From Dehalococcoidia bacterium (lineage in GTDB: Bacteria; Chloroflexota; Dehalococcoidia; Lucifugimonadales; JAGWBF01): a stretch of DNA of 64,000 nt. The notes beneath the pieces were generated by a model. The model worked only from the letters and a program-made list of their open reading frames with translations, was not told the DNA's origin and did no database searches. The first letter of the stretch is position 1. Each line of letters begins with the position of its first letter. Shown piece after piece: positions 63,507-64,000 of this stretch. The DNA lies in assembly GCA_965247295.1 (NCBI GenBank), contig CBDFGQ010000004.1, positions 65,356-129,355 of the forward strand, read 5' to 3'. A program made the translations under genes and the position numbers.

Positions 63507-64000
63507 ATGACCATGATGGGTGGGAGCCTCGGTGGTGCAACCCTTGGACTTCGTGCGTCACTAAAAGAATTCAACAAAAATCTGAAGACAGCCCAGGGAA
63601 AGATGAAAGGGGCTGTCGGCAAGATGCAGGGCCTCGCCAACGGCCTGAAGCTGGGGGCCGGGGCTGCTGGAGTTGCTGTTGCTGGCATAGGCATCAAAGC
63701 CGTCGCATCGGCTGCCAAGTTCGAGAAGGGGATGCGTGAGGTCAATACCCTCGTGGGCGGCGACGAGTCCGCCTTCAAGCAGCTCCAATCGGATACATTA
63801 GCATTCTCCAAAGAGATGGGCCTTGCCACGGACAAGGCGGTGCCAGGCCTCTATCAAGCTATTTCATCAGGTGTACCACCTGAGAACGTCTTCCAGTTCA
63901 TGGAAGAGTCAGCCAAGGCTGCTATCGGCGGTAGTGCCGAGCTCTCTGACGTGATCGGCGTTACCACTGCAATTCTCAAGGGCTATGGCGAGGAAATGAC
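63507..64000 (+). CDS. Tail tape measure protein (N-terminal part; continues beyond the window)
   Basis: Own translation: MTMMGGSLGGATLGLRASLKEFNKNLKTAQGKM...AKFEKGMREVNTLVGGDES...VPGLYQAISSGVPPENV is the TP901-type core. Open to the window edge, so absent from the ORF track. Confidence 0.85.
   Translation, partial: MTMMGGSLGGATLGLRASLKEFNKNLKTAQGKMKGAVGKMQGLANGLKLGAGAAGVAVAGIGIKAVASAAKFEKGMREVNTLVGGDESAFKQLQSDTLAFSKEMGLATDKAVPGLYQAISSGVPPENVFQFMEESAKAAIGGSAELSDVIGVTTAILKGYGEEM

Larger units (their letters stand above)
33503..64000. mobile_element. Siphovirus-like (HK97-type) prophage, integrase end to tape measure; right end outside the window
   Basis: Contiguous lysogeny, replication, packaging, head and tail modules in canonical order. 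Confidence 0.9.

Overview
GC-rich bacterial chromosomal window with strong GGAGG-type ribosome-binding sites, in two parts.

(1) 1-33.4 kb is a dense block of catabolic genes rich in C-N hydrolases. It holds three amidase-signature enzymes, a formamidase/acetamidase, a cytosine-deaminase-like amidohydrolase and two further amidohydrolases. It also holds a MaoC-type double-hotdog hydratase with two family III CoA-transferases, dehydrogenases, CMD-family proteins, cupins, an NMT1-type binding protein, an MFS transporter and BNR/Asp-box propeller proteins. The stretch 3.5-33.4 kb is bracketed by an intact tRNA-Leu(UAA) and a direct copy of its 3' half that stops at the anticodon loop. It carries an intact IS3-family element with a 3-bp target duplication, an IS630-like remnant and several decayed genes. 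It therefore looks like an old tRNA-integrated island.

(2) 33.5-64 kb is an HK97-type siphovirus-like prophage.
- Lysogeny and immunity: tyrosine integrase, XRE/ImmA, Cro-like protein.
- Recombination and replication: RecT, PD-(D/E)XK exonuclease, ParB-like protein, SF2 helicase, primase, minimal PolX, VRR-NUC.
- Nucleotide and DNA modification: MazG, PAPS-reductase-like protein, C5-methyltransferase.
- Structural: TerL, portal-MuF fusion, prohead protease, major capsid, connectors, tail genes and the start of the tape measure, which runs off the window.

Most notable observations:
- A phage tRNA on a tRNA-Ala scaffold (G3:U70, A73) whose anticodon arm pairs fully only with an 8-nt loop, UU-AGUC-AC. 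It has its own near-consensus promoter and sits in a reverse-oriented cassette inside the head module.
- A promoter, short leader and intrinsic terminator directly upstream of the protease/capsid operon.
- A LAGLIDADG intein splitting the helicase Walker A motif.
- An IS3 insertion after codon 5 of an amidase gene that creates an in-frame replacement start.
- Junction duplications that look like scars of cassette insertion.
- A secreted DUF1524/Excalibur nuclease abutting the integrase.

All calls come from reading and hand-translating the sequence. No database search or folding software was run.
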